A DNA stretch of 64,000 bases from Lingula anatina (Eukaryota; Animalia; Brachiopoda): positions 14,756,001 to 14,820,000 of the forward strand of contig CM120646.1 of NCBI GenBank assembly GCA_051362555.1, given 5' to 3'. Of the stretch, positions 35,501 through 50,717 are shown one piece after another. Under the pieces are notes generated by a model, which was not told the DNA's origin, did not search any database, and saw only the letters and a list, made by a program, of their open reading frames with translations. The stretch's first letter is position 1, and each line of letters starts with the position of its first letter. Made by a program: the position numbers and the translations under genes.

Positions 35501-38500
35501 CTGTGTTATGCACATCTGTGTTCAGAGCATTCCATAGGCTTGTCAGGGTGTCAGCTTTCCGCTCCCCTTCTTTTACTTCATGGATCACATTACTGGGTCC
35601 AGTTTGGCACAAGAATTTTAGTTCAAAGGTAATGTTTGACCTTTGTCAATCTGGACAGTAGAAGTCCATTAGAGTGAAGAAATGGGTGGTCAAAAATCAT
35701 ATGCTTATTTATTGTATTTTTTATTTAATAACCTTGCCAAATTTGTCATTGTGTTTTTAGCCAAGATTTGTCACAGGTTTGCTGAATGTGAGAAATTTTA
35801 GTTAGTAAAAATCTTTTGAAGAATTGTAGACGTTATCCTATTTTCCTACTCTTTGTAAATGACAGGTGTATATTCTGGCTTGGTATGTGAAAGTGCACTG
35901 AAACCTCCTATTAGATGCACTGATATGTCAGTTTGCTGGTTGGAAACTAGATAGCATCTTCACTATTTTATCTCCAGTGAAAATGCTTCACATGCCTGTT
36001 GAGTCAACAAGTTTGAGCTGCATTTTCATGTGCAAATCATATTACCAGTTTTGATAATAGTATTCTTTCTTAATAATCATTATACTCAAGTATTGTTGAT
36101 GTTGTTTGGACACAGATAAAACATGTCTTCCAGTTGGTGTCTTCTATCCACTTTATTTTTGTTAACATTCATTTCTGCCTATACTATGTTGACAGCTATC
36201 TTGTGATTGCTGTCTCACCAAACACACTGTTGACAGCTAAATTGTGACTTATATCTCACCAAACACACTGTTGACAGCTAACTTGTGATTGCTTCTCACC
36301 AAACACAATGTTGACAGCTAACTTGTGATTGCTTCTCACCAAACATGCTGTTGACAGCTAACTTATGATTGCTTCTCACCAAACACAATGTTGACAGCTA
36401 ACTTGTGATTGCTTCTCACCAAACACAATGTTGACAGCTAACTTGTGATTGCTGTCACACCAAACATAATGTCGCTAGCTTTATGTAGAGTGGTTGCTGT
36501 CACCAAAAACACCATCAACAGCTTGTTTAACTTCGCACTATCTTAGTTGTAGCAAGCCATTGCGCTTTTTATGAAAATAACATTTTTCACAGTACAACAA
36601 TTTTTTTCTTTTGTAATAGTTAATTGCTTTATTTTCAAATTAAGTACAACAAATTCAGTTGAATTCGGTGCTGTTTTGCCTCATACCTGAGAGGCACTTC
36701 CATGAGTAATTCCGACTTCGTGTAGTACCTGTGTGAAGTGTTGTTTGTAATCAGATACCATGATTAGTTCATGATTCATTAGCTGGCTGGTCTGAGTCAA
36801 ATCAACTAGACTGTATTTATACAAGTCCTGTATGTATAAGTATAGCCTCAAAATGAAACTCAAATGTTTACTTAATGAATTATAATAAAACAGTGACATG
36901 TGAGATATTTTAAGTTGGTATAATTCAGACGGATATAAATTACTAGAGTCTATATGTAGGCTATGGATCCTTATACATCAAAATAAGGGCCAGTTCCACT
37001 AAAGAATTTTAGACCGAAAGCTGGTCTAAACTTTTAGACCAAAGATTTGGTCTACATCAGTAGTTCACCTAAATAAAATGGGCAATTGGTTTGAAACATT
37101 AGTTTTGCCTTTGTTGTTATACAAAAAGCACAATGTTTCCTTTACGACCGCATTCACATCTAGATGAGCCATGGCTCTGCACACCCTGAACTAAATATGG
37201 CGGACGTTCATGGAAGGAAAACCGCCTGATCTTTTAATAGTCTCTCCGCCTCTCACACGCCTCCCCATGTGTCGTTCCAATGGAGCCGAGATTTAATGAC
37301 TGTACCTCCCGCAGGGACGGCGCATGGGGAGGCCTGTGAGAGGCGGAGAGACTATTAAAAGATAAGGTGGTTTTCCTTTCATGTACATCCGTCATATTTA
37401 GTTCGTGGCTTTGTAGAGCCATGGCTCAACTCGATGTGAATTCGGTCTAAGAGTACTGCTACTACTACTTCACTTCACTACATCACTGATTACTTAAAAG
37501 ACTTAAGACAAAATTTTGGCGTTCAAGTTTAGACCAATTTTCGGGCTTAAGTTCTTTGGTGAAACTGGCCTCAGATATTGATCTAGAGAGAGCCAGCTGA
37601 TTTCAGCATGTTATTAAACTCCACATGTTATAAACTGGAACACTGGGAGAGCAATCCACACTGAAGGTGGTGAATGAGACACAATTAGAAATCCCATCAA
37701 GATACTTCTTTTCAATAAGTTCCCGAGGATATGAAGGAGGAAGAGTTTGCTCATATTTTGTTATTGTTGTTATTCTTATTATTATCATCAGAATTTTTTT
37801 TTAGCAGTCAGCTTGTTCAACCATTCAGATTTGTTCAATAGTTCCAATTAAAAAGATTCATGGATAACTTTGTCATCCTTTCTATAAACTATAAACCACA
37901 GATTAGGACAAAAACAAATTATGAAAGCCCGATGAAACAAAAGATAGCATTTCTCCAGTCTGACTGGTATCTTAATTGAATATCAATGTTTCTAATTTAG
38001 TTTGTGCTTGGCCTTTCAATGCACCAGCGACTTCATTGACAAAGGAACCATACCAAAATAACAGAAGGGGAAGAAATATAACTGAGGACATTATGATTTT
38101 AATGTACATAATCATCTATCTTTATTGCTTTGATTGAATTAATCAATACATCAATTTAGATGCCACACTGCCTAATTATACATACACATTGATTTCCTAC
38201 AAGCTCGTTGTGATCACTTTGCTTCTTTGATCCAGTGTGTATTTATTAAGTGGAGAAGGGTTGGGGGGAGGGGGGCAGATGTGTTTTTAACTGGTTTTCA
38301 AAGTAATAAGAGGCATTTAAATTTTAACGAAAATAAATTCTTTGTCATTTCAAAAATTCAAGTTAATAATTGCAATTCAGCTGTCTGATTAAGTCCAGTG
38401 TGCTTACTGTTTTAATGGGAGATTGCAATCAAGCTTTTGCATCTAAAGTTAAAGGGATAATAACTCTTTGTATGAGATCTATATTTCACAATAAAAACAT

Positions 38501-41500
38501 TGTGAATAACTCACAGAAATATAATATATTCTTTTTTACCACAAAAACGGCAGTTATAGCTTTAGAGATTTTAACAAAGAACCAAACTTTTTAGAAAAAA
38601 AAACAGGGACTAACTTTGAATGTAAAAATGGATTCATTAACCATTGGTAAGTATGGGAAAATTGTTGTTTACAGGAACATTCATTTTTTGGCTGAAACAA
38701 AGTTATTATCCCTTTAAGATCAAAACATTTCATTTTATTTATTTATTTATTTATTATTTGATCAGTCCATGGCTAAGCTTCAGTTCGTTTGCGTAAATTA
38801 CTTGTGGCAAACGGATTATATGACTTAAGTGAGTAATCAACACCATCTAATACATTGTGAACTCTCTGTCTGATTCCCAGCAGCACAAATCCACCTAAGC
38901 AGTGTGATTTACTTGGCTGATGATTCCCTATGCTTTGGTATTGGTCAGCAGTATTGGTCAACATACACATGTATTAGTCAGGGTTGAAGATTTGGTTTGG
39001 TTCATAAGCATTTGATCTGGCCTACCTTCTTTTTGCAAAAGGAAATTATGTCTGTTTCATAAGCAAAGTACATTTATTGTAGAGGTGGATGAGCATTTGA
39101 AATCTTGGCAATTAAGCATTGGCTGGAAGTGTTTCACTAACAATGTAATGCTTGATAGTCCAGGGGGAGGTTGACGGAAGAGCCAGACAGGATCAGCTGG
39201 GGCTGTGTATTGATGAATTCGGCTCAATACTTCAGTCTTCTTACACCAGCCTGCAGATAGAAAGTGCTTGGGCAGTATGCTTCATAATTGACGGCCCTGA
39301 GAGAGAACTGCAGGCCAGTCTATTACTTTTATATAACATTAGATGCACTTGTAACAGGATGCCTGGGGAGAATTTGAGGAATGGAGAAACAGGGAGTGAA
39401 ATGGAAATATTGTGACCTTTATTTATAGTTGCGATTGATTTTGAAGAGGCGGTGATCTCTCTTGAGACAGTTATAGTCTGATTTTTGAATTTCAAACCAT
39501 TTCATAGTCTTGGGACAGTTTAATTGGAATGGTAACTGGAAAGAATTTGATCATCATTGTGGAGACATTTTTAAATGGAATTTGAATGTGTACGTAATGG
39601 GTCCTTGGAGACAGAAAAAGACCATTTGTACCAAGAAAATCTAGGAAATCAAACTACGACTGGGTGAACAGGAGTCTCCTAACTGCACTGTCATCCATCA
39701 GTCCAAGGCCACTGACTGCTGGACATGGAAAATAGGACAATAGGAAAATAATAGAATTTCTTTAAGTATTACAGTTATTCAAATGGAAAATTCATCAGTT
39801 GTTTTTGAAGTGTTCTTAATCTAGAGATTTTATCTTTGCACTAGTAAATTTTGATTTAACCTGACTTACTGGTGTACTTACTCTCCGAGGAAACATATTT
39901 GAAGACACCGACTGCATCTTTTTACCACCTCTGGTTAGTCAGCCTTCTAGGACTGCCTTCTACAGTCACACAGACGAACCGATACTGACAACATTAAGGG
40001 TCACATTTTGAGAGGAAGATTCACGTGGGACAACCACAGTGACGAAGTAACAGTTGCAGTCACACTGTGACAATGACAATGAGTCTGCAAGTGACACATG
40101 GATACATAACTACTTTGAAAAGGCATTTCACATTGCCTTATAAAAAGTGCAGGAAGGCTGTCTCAGCTAAGAGACCTAGTAAGTGGGGATGAAAGTGACT
40201 GAGTGGCTTATTGATAGTGGTGAATAAGTTAGAAAGATCTTGAGGAAATTAGATATTTTAAAATATTCAGCTTATCATATTTATAGTATGAATCTTTCCT
40301 TTGTTAAGGAAAAAAAGGAAACTAAAGAGAGAGGGAGAGAAGAAAAAAGACAAGAGACTTATGATAAACATGCAATTCCCAACAGATGCTTTTGCCAATT
40401 TCTTTTGGAAAACTAAGCAAATTGATTATTTGGAGTTTGGCTAGAAAAAGGCTTTTGAGAATATATTGCTGCAGAGTCCAGCATAGATGGAGCTGTGAAG
40501 TTATGGTAATATTACATAGTGATAACCCAGTGCAAAAACTAATATCCTGAGAACATTGATTTAGTCACAAAATATCCAGGTACATGGGCTCTGTGTCAAA
40601 TACAAGGGCCCTAACTTCATATATTTTGATAAGACATTAACGCTTATTATTTTTTTGCTGTCGCATCCACATTGTTAAACAGATAGGTGGGCCCAATTAC
40701 CCCTTGTTCAGGATTGGATGGGCCCTTATTGTGTGTACTGAAATTTAACTCCCAATGTGTGATTTCTTATTTCATCATGTCTTCTTGAATTTTCAGTAAA
40801 AAGAAATTTATACTTTATTTTCAACTGATACATGTTGGAGAGGGATGTATATGTGTATGTGTGGTTGGGGGATGGGGGGGGGGGGGGCGTGCCAAACTGC
40901 TGGTGTTTAGTCCCATCTTCACATTGCCCACATAGTTATGCTGCACATGGGCCCCTTGGGTTATTCTTTGTGGCATATTGGGGCCTTGACATTAATCTCT
41001 ACTAGAGATAATTGGTCCCCAGTGACCAGTAGTCATTTGTCACAGGAGACCCAACTGTTCATTGAATTAATACCCTGTCTATGGATCATTAGGTGTGCAC
41101 ACAAATGTGGCAACTGGATAATTGCAACAGAATTTACAGCAGGGAAAATGTAATTATTGCACACATGTTATCATAATGTATAGAAAGTACAGTTTATTTT
41201 ATAGGTTTCTAGTGCTAAGGGAAATAGACCATTTAAGCACAAGAACAAAGTACTATTTCATTTATTTATTCATTCAGTAGCTTGATATTCCATCATTACC
41301 ACTAGTGACTACCACTTTAATGTTCACAAAAGTGTCAGATGTGCCTGTGTTGCTTTTCTAATTTTTGTCTGAAAATCAGAACAGTGAGCTTCCTATCTGA
41401 AAATGAAAGTCTTTGATGTCTATTAATTAATTAATTAATGAGTATATTTGTTGTATTTTTCAGATTCCTTTGTGAACAGTCAAGAATGGACGCTGAGTCG

Positions 41501-44500
41501 CAGTGTGCCAGACATAAAGTTGGTAAGTGTGTCTTGAATGGTATTGCTTTAAAGGCAGTAAATGTAAATTATTATCTTGTAAATATCATTACCATATAAT
41601 TCTCAGAGGCATTGCAGAGCTCTGTCCTCTTCCTATTAATTATTTGTTATTAACACTTTGATCTTCCAGGGTATAATCTCCATCACCATACTTTGTTGTG
41701 TGCCAAGCCATGAACTCCAAGGCTTTGGAATCCATGTTTGTTAATTTTTCGTTCTGTGCAATACTTTGTTCATCATAATTATATATATATATATTATAGG
41801 GCATCGTGGGCTCCATCCACAGCGGGAAGTCTGCGCTGGTCCACCGTTACCTCACAGGGTCCTACATGCAAGAAGAATCTCCTGAGGGTAAGTCTCTGGC
41901 AGATGCACTGTATGGAAATAATTCATTCTTTTCAATGGGAGAATTTGAGAATTTTACAGAAACTATCTTAGAGTTATAAATTCTTAACATTAGAACATTT
42001 CTATTGAGTGGTAGCAACAAGAAAATCTGGCTACTAGTACCCATTAGTTCTGTTCTATGAAGTAAAAGCACAAAAAAAAAGCATATAATTTTTAATGATT
42101 CTAAGATTATGCATCTGAAAGACAGATAATTTTTGCTCATTAAAAAGATCCAGTCATTAGTGTAGTCTTTTTAACACAAAAAGTTGGCCTTGTTTTACCA
42201 AATAGCTTGAAGTTTGTATTTTATATTTTACAGTAATCGAAATATTAATTTTGGTTTTTCAAAAAGGCAAAATAAATTATGTATTGAGTTTGATCTCTGT
42301 CATTTAGTGGCAAAGAGTTGCCCATTGATTAGGTAAACATATTTTGAAATGATCCAGAGCAGAGAGAATATTTTTTCAATGTATTCAATATTAGGGGTAA
42401 GCAAAAATTATTACAGAACATTCTTGTATTATTTCTCAGGTGGACGCTTCAAAAAAGAAGTGGTCATCGATGGCCAGAGCTTTCTGTTACTAATACGAGA
42501 TGAGGGTGGACCCCCAGAGGCACAGGTACATAAGTATTTTAAATCTTAGTGTAAAAGATAAAATAAAACTGACATTGGTTTCATTCATGAAAGTTCCACT
42601 GCTGTAATCTAAGAGTGCAAGTGATGTATTAAGGTCCTACAAAGTGAAGTAATTATATTGTTAATATATGATTTTGGTTATTGGTTTTCTTAAACCCAAT
42701 ATAAGCAGATTGTTAACTGCATGAAGGCTGTGACCAGGATTGGTTGTTTTGCAGTTTACCCACTGGGTGGATGCTGTGATATTCGTATTTAGCTTGGAGA
42801 ATGAATCTAGCTTCAGTGCCATCTACAATTATTATGCCAAGATGGCGCACTTTAGAAATACAGCTGAGATACCACTTATATTAGTAGGGACACAAGGTAA
42901 ATGAGTGGAATATATTTTAAGAAGTACAGTTTGTGTTTATTTTGGTGGCCTGTTTATAACAAAGATAGATGATGTTCATTGGTAGAGAGAAAACATGAGC
43001 CTGAAAATGACATACGGCCACTATTGTAGGGCTCTTTTTTATGTGGGGAAAGGAAGTTGTTTATAACGAGTTATAAAATGAATAATATTGGATCTTTCAT
43101 ACTGAAACTTTGACTCATTTTAGATGCAATAAGTGAAAGTAACCCACGTGTGATTGACGACACACGGGCACGCAAACTTGCCAATGATCTAAAACGGTGC
43201 AGTTATTACGAAACCTGCGCCACATATGGTCTGAATGTGGAACGAGTCTTTCAGGATGGTAAGGGATTCTAGGCATTTTACTGCCAAACTAACTCCTAAA
43301 CCAAGTATTTTGTCCCATACACTATAAACAAATTTATTACAATGTTAATAGTACATTAAATTATCCAACATTTTTACACTACAGGTTTATATTGTCATAT
43401 TGTTTTAGATACAGAAATTAATGCACTGTTTCAAAACAAATGTAATATAAAAACCACCTTTTTGTCTTAAAAATTACATTAATACAGCATTTCATCCATT
43501 TTGTTTTTTTCAGCATGCCAAAAGATCGTCACCGCCAGAATGGCGACGCCAGCCATAAGACCACAGACCCCCAATCACGGCAGTGGCGGGGGCGGTGTCC
43601 CGCGACCTTTCTTCACGCCAGGACAGTCGCAGCCAGCAAACCCAACAGTGCCACCACGAACGTATGAATCCCACAGCTCCAGCAGTACCACGTCTGGCTC
43701 TGGAAACATCCCAACTTCCACGCCGCCAAACAGTAGTCATAATATTGCTCAGGTGAGATAGGAGATTATGGAAACACGCACACTCGCCCGCACACACACA
43801 CACACACCCATTCGGTCTTTTTATATTGCTTAGATTGGGAAAAGATTTTTTATTGATTTTTTCCTGTCTATGATTAAAAAAAAAAGAGATGCAATATATA
43901 ATTTTCTCCAATAGTAATTATAGCAGCAGTGCTGTGATTGTAATATAAGTTGGGTAACAAATGCAGAACAGTAAGTCCAACATATGTGTCATTGGCCATG
44001 TGATTACATGGATGTTAAGGTATGAATGATGACAGTGGAGAAAGGAAGAAGAAAGAAATACAATTGGAGGTCAGAGTGGAGAACCAAGAGAAAGACCATT
44101 ACTTTAAAAAAAACTTTTTGTCTGCTGGATTAGACCACAAAGTGCGCTTTTATGTAGAAAATAGAGAAAACTGGGATGAGGGAAAGGGGGAAAAGATTCA
44201 ACATGTATAAAAAGAAGGAAAAAGGAGAACAAGGAAAACATAAAAAGAGCAACAATTGCCATCTGCACCACCTGACGGTCACATTGCTCAACCTGATGAT
44301 TAATTCTGTCAGCAAGCCTTCTCTAGCATGACTTGTGTTCTATTCTTTGTGGTGGTGATTTGCTTGAATATGTCTACAGTTAGAAAATCTTTAAAAACAT
44401 TTGCATGTTATTGCGATTCATAATCTTATTTTTAAGGTTTGCAAGTGTGTGTAGTATTGTCTCCTTGATTATTTATGTTATGTACAGTAACTTCTAGTAA

Positions 44501-47500
44501 TAGTTTTAAGTAGCAATAAAAAAGATATGTAAATTTTTTCTAGATAATAAATTCTGTTAAAAGTCTTTTCTCTCCAGTCACTTTAAAATGTTCTTTCTAG
44601 GTTACTGAAATAGTCGTAGTTAATCTGTATTTTTGTTTTGTTTTCTTATTTTCCTGTATTTTATTTGCCCTGTACAGAATACTCCGTCAGTATATCGCGA
44701 GTCCTCCTTCACCAAAGACGACAAAAAGGAGAAGAAGTCCAAGGAGAAGCTGCATGCTCAGCAAACGCCACAAATGCAACGACAGTCCCCCCACATGCAG
44801 CTGAACATACATGAACCACCGCCCCCTCCAAGAGGAGACCAACTCCAGGTACAAAATGCTTTGTCTGTTGTATGCTATATTTTCTTCCAAGTTCCAACAC
44901 TTGCAGCAAATAACTATGCAGATGGGGTTTACATATTTTAAAACACGTGGATAGAAAGAAACTCCTGGTTATTTTAACTTTTTTTTGCATTTTATCAGAA
45001 GCGCCATGAAGACAGCTCAATTTTTACAAATTTCTGATGAACAACATCAAAAGTTTTAAAATCTAAAGGGAATATAATCACTGACTTCTGTTTAATAATA
45101 CTTTCAATTTTTTTCATACACAAAAAGGCTGTTTTACAAATAAAATCTGTTTAAAATTACATAAATTTACCCAGAGCTTGTTTGTTTGTTTGTTTGAAAT
45201 TTTACAAAGATGGAAATATTTACTTGTAAACAAAAATAACACACACTTACCATTATGGTTTAATCATTTTTGTTATGTTGCTTGTAATGTGGCAGTGGTA
45301 AGAGATATAAGTTAACATTTCTTTATTGTATGTTAAGGGGCATATACGTTGTTCTATCAGCTTTTCAAAAGCTGGGGTGACATACCAACAAACCTCATTT
45401 TCAGGGAAATCGGGTATTTAGCTGTATTCTTGAAATTAGATTTTTAAAACCTTACAATTTTCCATGCATGTTTGCATGTTTGAAGTAATACCAATTTACA
45501 GTCATGTATATCTTCTTTGATAATAAATTTAGGATTGTGTTCTAACAGTTGTGGCTTGTCATGGTAGAGCATCTATTGTAGGTGCAGCATGTTCAAAAAT
45601 GTTCATCCATGAGATCTAACAAGTTCCCTTAGATCATGATTTTTTTTTTTCAGAGTTTGCAGTTGTGGTGTTTTATTTCACACTGACTGACATTGCGTGT
45701 TATATTAATCACTTGCTTGCAGGACATACGGCTTGATTCCTCTCCACACAAGTTATTTCGGACGCCGAGTGCCACTCCACAGGCAACACGTAAAAACAAG
45801 AAAGCTTTTAATATTCAGAAATCAAATTCTTTCAATGTAAGTTGTGGGAGGTAGTACATTTTTTTCTCACCAGGTGCTAGTAGCAGAGTGGACATAACCA
45901 ATACCTATCACCCCCTGATTTACAAAGTGGACTATTCCTTATATAGCTTTTAATACAGCGGGAAGGTCCATTTTGAGTTCTGAGTGGGATAATCTGATTT
46001 ATATGCAAAAAGACCATAAGATCTGGATCTTTTGGGACAAGTTTAATTGAAATTTTCATCAATTGATTTTTCGTCACATTTTTTTTTTTATCTTTTGCAA
46101 GCACAGATAGTATCTAAATTTTCACATTCATTGTTTATTTAAATCAGAACAGAAATTGAACTACATGTGTTTATAATTTGGAAATATATATTTTGTTAGA
46201 AATAGTGAAATATTCAAGAATGTGAACAAAAACAAGAATCCATATCTTCTTGGTCTTTCTGCAGATGTGGTGATTCACAAGATACATATACACAGGTTAT
46301 ATAACTAGGAATGAGCAATGGTTTGATTCTACTGTAGCAATCTACTACCAATATAGCTTGGGACTACTTCATTTCTTAGTAGAGTGGTGGATTGTTTGGT
46401 GTTTAAACCCCCCCCCCCCCCAAACAAAAAAAAAAAAAATTAAATTACCCATCTTCCTTTCTGACTATTTCATTTGTTATTGAACTGGGAAGAGCTTTTA
46501 CTTTGGGTTATTTGGTGAATACTTTGCCCCTAAGACTAAACTGTTTTACTTTATAATTTGAGATGAAGTAGTCCTTACTAACTGAGTTATATCAACTTTG
46601 CAAGTTTAGTATTATAATATAGTCTTCCAGATTGAAGTGTTGAAGTGTTACATAGTGTTAGAGAGAAGAGAGAGAGAGGGAGAGAATGTATGATATTTGT
46701 TGGGGAAAGAATCTAAAATGTTTGAATGGTTGTTTGTAACTTAAACATTCTTTTCACAAAATTAAAATGTAAAGGCATGGCCTTATTAAATGGATTATGG
46801 AGGGTTTTACCCCCATGTTAAGGTTTTAACTACTTTGCTACAGAAATCTCTCCTGTCTTGGCTAATAACCTTTAACAATATGCAAAACTTGTGTTTAGAT
46901 TATAAAAAGATATTTACATAATCCATAGAGGTGTAAGTCTAATATGTGAATATGAGAAGAAAGGTACTATTGTTATAGGATAATATGGCCTTTGAGCATG
47001 GCGATGTCAGTTTAAAAAGTTGGAAACTAATGCAAATAAGCTTAGTTGAATAAGTGGAAGCTGGAGGTGGGAATTAACTTATTTAGTAAGATCTTTTCGA
47101 GTCAAAAGTGACTGTTGACTTCTTTCTTTCTTCTTAGCCACTCAGTTAAACAAAACAGTATCCATTGCATTTATTTCATGGTCAATATTTCATTTTGTTA
47201 TATCAGGTCATGTTGCATGGCTGATTATCTGTTTGCTTCACTGTTTTTATTAAATATATAATATTTATAATCTTCATATTATTTGTATGACTCTTTTCTT
47301 AAACTTTATTTAATCTTGATTATATGAGATGTTTTGCAGAGAATATGAAACTATATCATCCTGCCGTCTATGTTTCTGTTGCTGTGTTGTTCAACTCTAC
47401 AGTGATGCCACCTATATTTCTTTTGCTAGGCAGGGACGCCATCTGGTGATTCGTGGTGGTACAACAATTATCTGTGCTCTGTTGATATATCTACCTCTCA

Positions 47501-50058
47501 GGTGTGAACCACTTTCGTATGATAGCTTGCTTGTCTTGGTTGCCTGGCTGCAGGGCCATCTATAATACTAAACTGCATGTCTAGAAATCCTGTATACTGA
47601 CTCTTAGAGATGAGTTAATTATACCCCCTCCCTCTCCAATTTTTTTTTCTTTTTTTTTTTTTTTTTAATCTTCTTAAATGAAACTGATTAGAGTTAAAAG
47701 TGTCGTTTTGATTACGTCTATTTTCAAACACCTACTGTCATATAGAACTATAGGTAATAGTGTTGTAATGGGGTGAAATAAATGTCATAAATTACAATTG
47801 TTTTTTTAATTTATGCTGTCTTATGGCTACAAATGAAATAATAAATTACTCCTTGAGGCATTATATCATACAATGGCTATAGCTTGAAGTAATGCAAACA
47901 GAATATTTCAATCCCATGCTTATTGGTATACCCTTAACAATCTTAATGAAATTAACTGTCCCTTGGGATAGATGCATGTTTGGTAGGCAGAAGGTGGGAT
48001 TTATTACCATAGAAACACATGGGTGTGACATATGCTTGTGATGGGATATATTACTATAGCAACACATGGGTTTGACAAATGCTTGTGATGGGATATATTA
48101 CCATAGCAACACATGGCTGTGGCAAATGCTTAAGATGAGGTACATTGTCCTAACATGGCACAGGTTTGACTGTTGCTTTAGTCTCTGTAAAACTAACAAT
48201 AGGAAATATAATTTTTATAGTTTTATTGTGTATATTTTTTTTCCAATTTTTAGTTTTGGTGTGGTGAAGTGTTCTCAAAAACATCTCAGGGAGATGTGGT
48301 GTTGTGTTCTCAAAAATGTCATGCCTTTAGAATTCATTTGAGAGATTTTCCAGTCTTTCTTTTATCCTCTCTGTGTAGATATTTATGACCAAAAATCTTG
48401 GCAAAGGGCTTCTGACACAAAACAACGTAGGTTGTAATTTGGTCTTTATTTGCTAATAATTATAGCCAATCTAATTGTGTTTTAAAATTTAATAAAAATT
48501 GCCATCACCTGCAGCAGTTCATGTTTTATGCTAAAACTACTCAGTTCTAGTTGACTACCGCATGTTAAATTTTTAGAGAAGTCGAAAAAAATTAAAATCA
48601 GCTTTTGAAGCACCCTTCTTTTGTGAAACTTACATCGGTTATTAAAATAAAGATGAGCATAGTGGAGATGCGCCAACTAACAAAATGAGCTGATCATGAA
48701 ATAAGTCTTGGGTGTTACACACTGATAGACCATAGCAACTAACCAGTGACTATACCTACTAATAAAATACTGAGAGCTTAGAAGTGGTTTATGTGTGGCT
48801 GTCAACCATAATACTAACAAATTACATGATATTCATACGTGTATGTGCATGCATATGATGACTGCATGGGGCTTAGTGTATAGCACATATGCAGGTTACA
48901 TAGCTTGGATATGTAGACAGTATTTAGAGCTTAGCTTTTTGACATTTGTTTCAATTTGATGATTTGTTTTTGCTAATGTTTCGCATATAGGTTTGCATGA
49001 CAAAATTGTGATATGACTACTATTTGGTTTCTTATTGATAGCAGTGAGTTTTGGTTTTAACTGTATATGCTGGTGTTTTCCATTTGTTTGTAAAAAACAA
49101 TTTGAGCATTAATGAAATTAAAATGAAAACGAGAAAGTAAATGATTGTTCAAGTCTGAATTATATGTACATTGATATGAATTGCAAATTCAAATTAGGAA
49201 AATACCAGCTGTTGATGATTTGAAATGTTGGTGTTGTAATGATGATGATGTTTTTGCTGATGCTGTTATTGATGTTGTGATTGCTTTTGATGTTGTTACC
49301 TTGCTGTAATCTTGCATCTCTCTCCTCTAGGGCGGCCCAATCAACCCTGACAACCAACGGGAAAACCGCACCCCAACAAGTACACCAATTCTTTCTAGGA
49401 AAAACAAAAATAAGTCTAATTTCCTCATCGTAAGTTTTTTTATTTTGTTTCACATTTTTTCTTCCTCTACCTATGCTTAGTACCTCCTAGATAGTTTATT
49501 TCTTTTTATTTGATTTGACACTTTACACTGCTTATCTTTGTGATTTATTACTATTGGGATGCTAAACTTATAGGTTTTTAAAAATAACATATTTTTGGTC
49601 TAAGGCTATCACTGTTTATCTGCCTAAACATTAATTTGATGCCAGGTTTTGGAACTAAATCTTTACCTTACAACATATAGATCAGATATTAATCTGAATT
49701 AACAGTGACAATGAAAAAGACAATCAAATAGGAAAAAAAAGGTCCATTTATTTTGTTGAGAGTAGCCAGAAAAAAACTTAACTATTGGCAGATTTTCGAC
49801 TGGGACCCAAAAATATTGGCCAGGGTGTTTCCCATGTACCCCACACCATATTTTCAGACTTTTCCACTGAATGGGTGTCTTATCCCTGTTAACAAGCATT
49901 GAAACATTGTGCACCCCAGAACACCCTGTACATCACTGGGTTTTATACTTATTTTAGTCTTTAGTGATAGTAACAAGGAGGGGGGGGGGGGTAGCACCCT
50001 GTGTATACCCACAAGTATGGCTGCAAAGAAATGCAGAGCAGCTTGCTTCCCATATCTA

Positions 50059-50110
<52 letters not shown>

Positions 50111-50678
50111 AAAAGGAGTACTTCTTTTCATCCCTTTCTTATGTCACAAAGGAAATGAAAAAAAAAAATTACTACACTGCTCCAGATTGGTTTTCAAGTC
50201 ATTCTGAGTCCGGTTATTTTGAACGTCACCATTTAATGAAGTTGTACTGAAAAAAGTCACCCCCCTCCTCTTCAATGCTGTTGTTGATATGAAAATTTCC
50301 ACAGCAAAATAGATGTTTTAATGGTAAAGGTATTCACATTTATAGATATTGTAGTTTAGTTACTCTTTCTCTTTATTTATTCTTTATTTAGCACTAGAAC
50401 TATATACCCGTTATTTATGTAGTATGTCTCCCAGTAGTTAGTATTTGGGATTTTTGTAGTATTTAGCACTTGTAGATTGCCAGTTGTTGAGGAAAATCAT
50501 ATTGCATTCCTTTCTCAGCACAAACACATTCAGTTTTTATTTTATGTGCAAAATGAATATCTTTATTATATTTAAGCAAGAGCTTTGATTGTGTAGGCCT
50601 AGTTATTTGCAGTGAGGTGAGATAGGATATAGATAGTAGCAGGGGCTGCTTTTAGAGCAACATTTCATTTTGAGGCCT

Positions 50679-50717
<39 letters not shown>

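Noticed and set aside
44022-44210. Lys/Glu-rich ORF in an AGAP intron
   Set aside because: Purine-rich low-complexity sequence with no convincing splice sites or homology.
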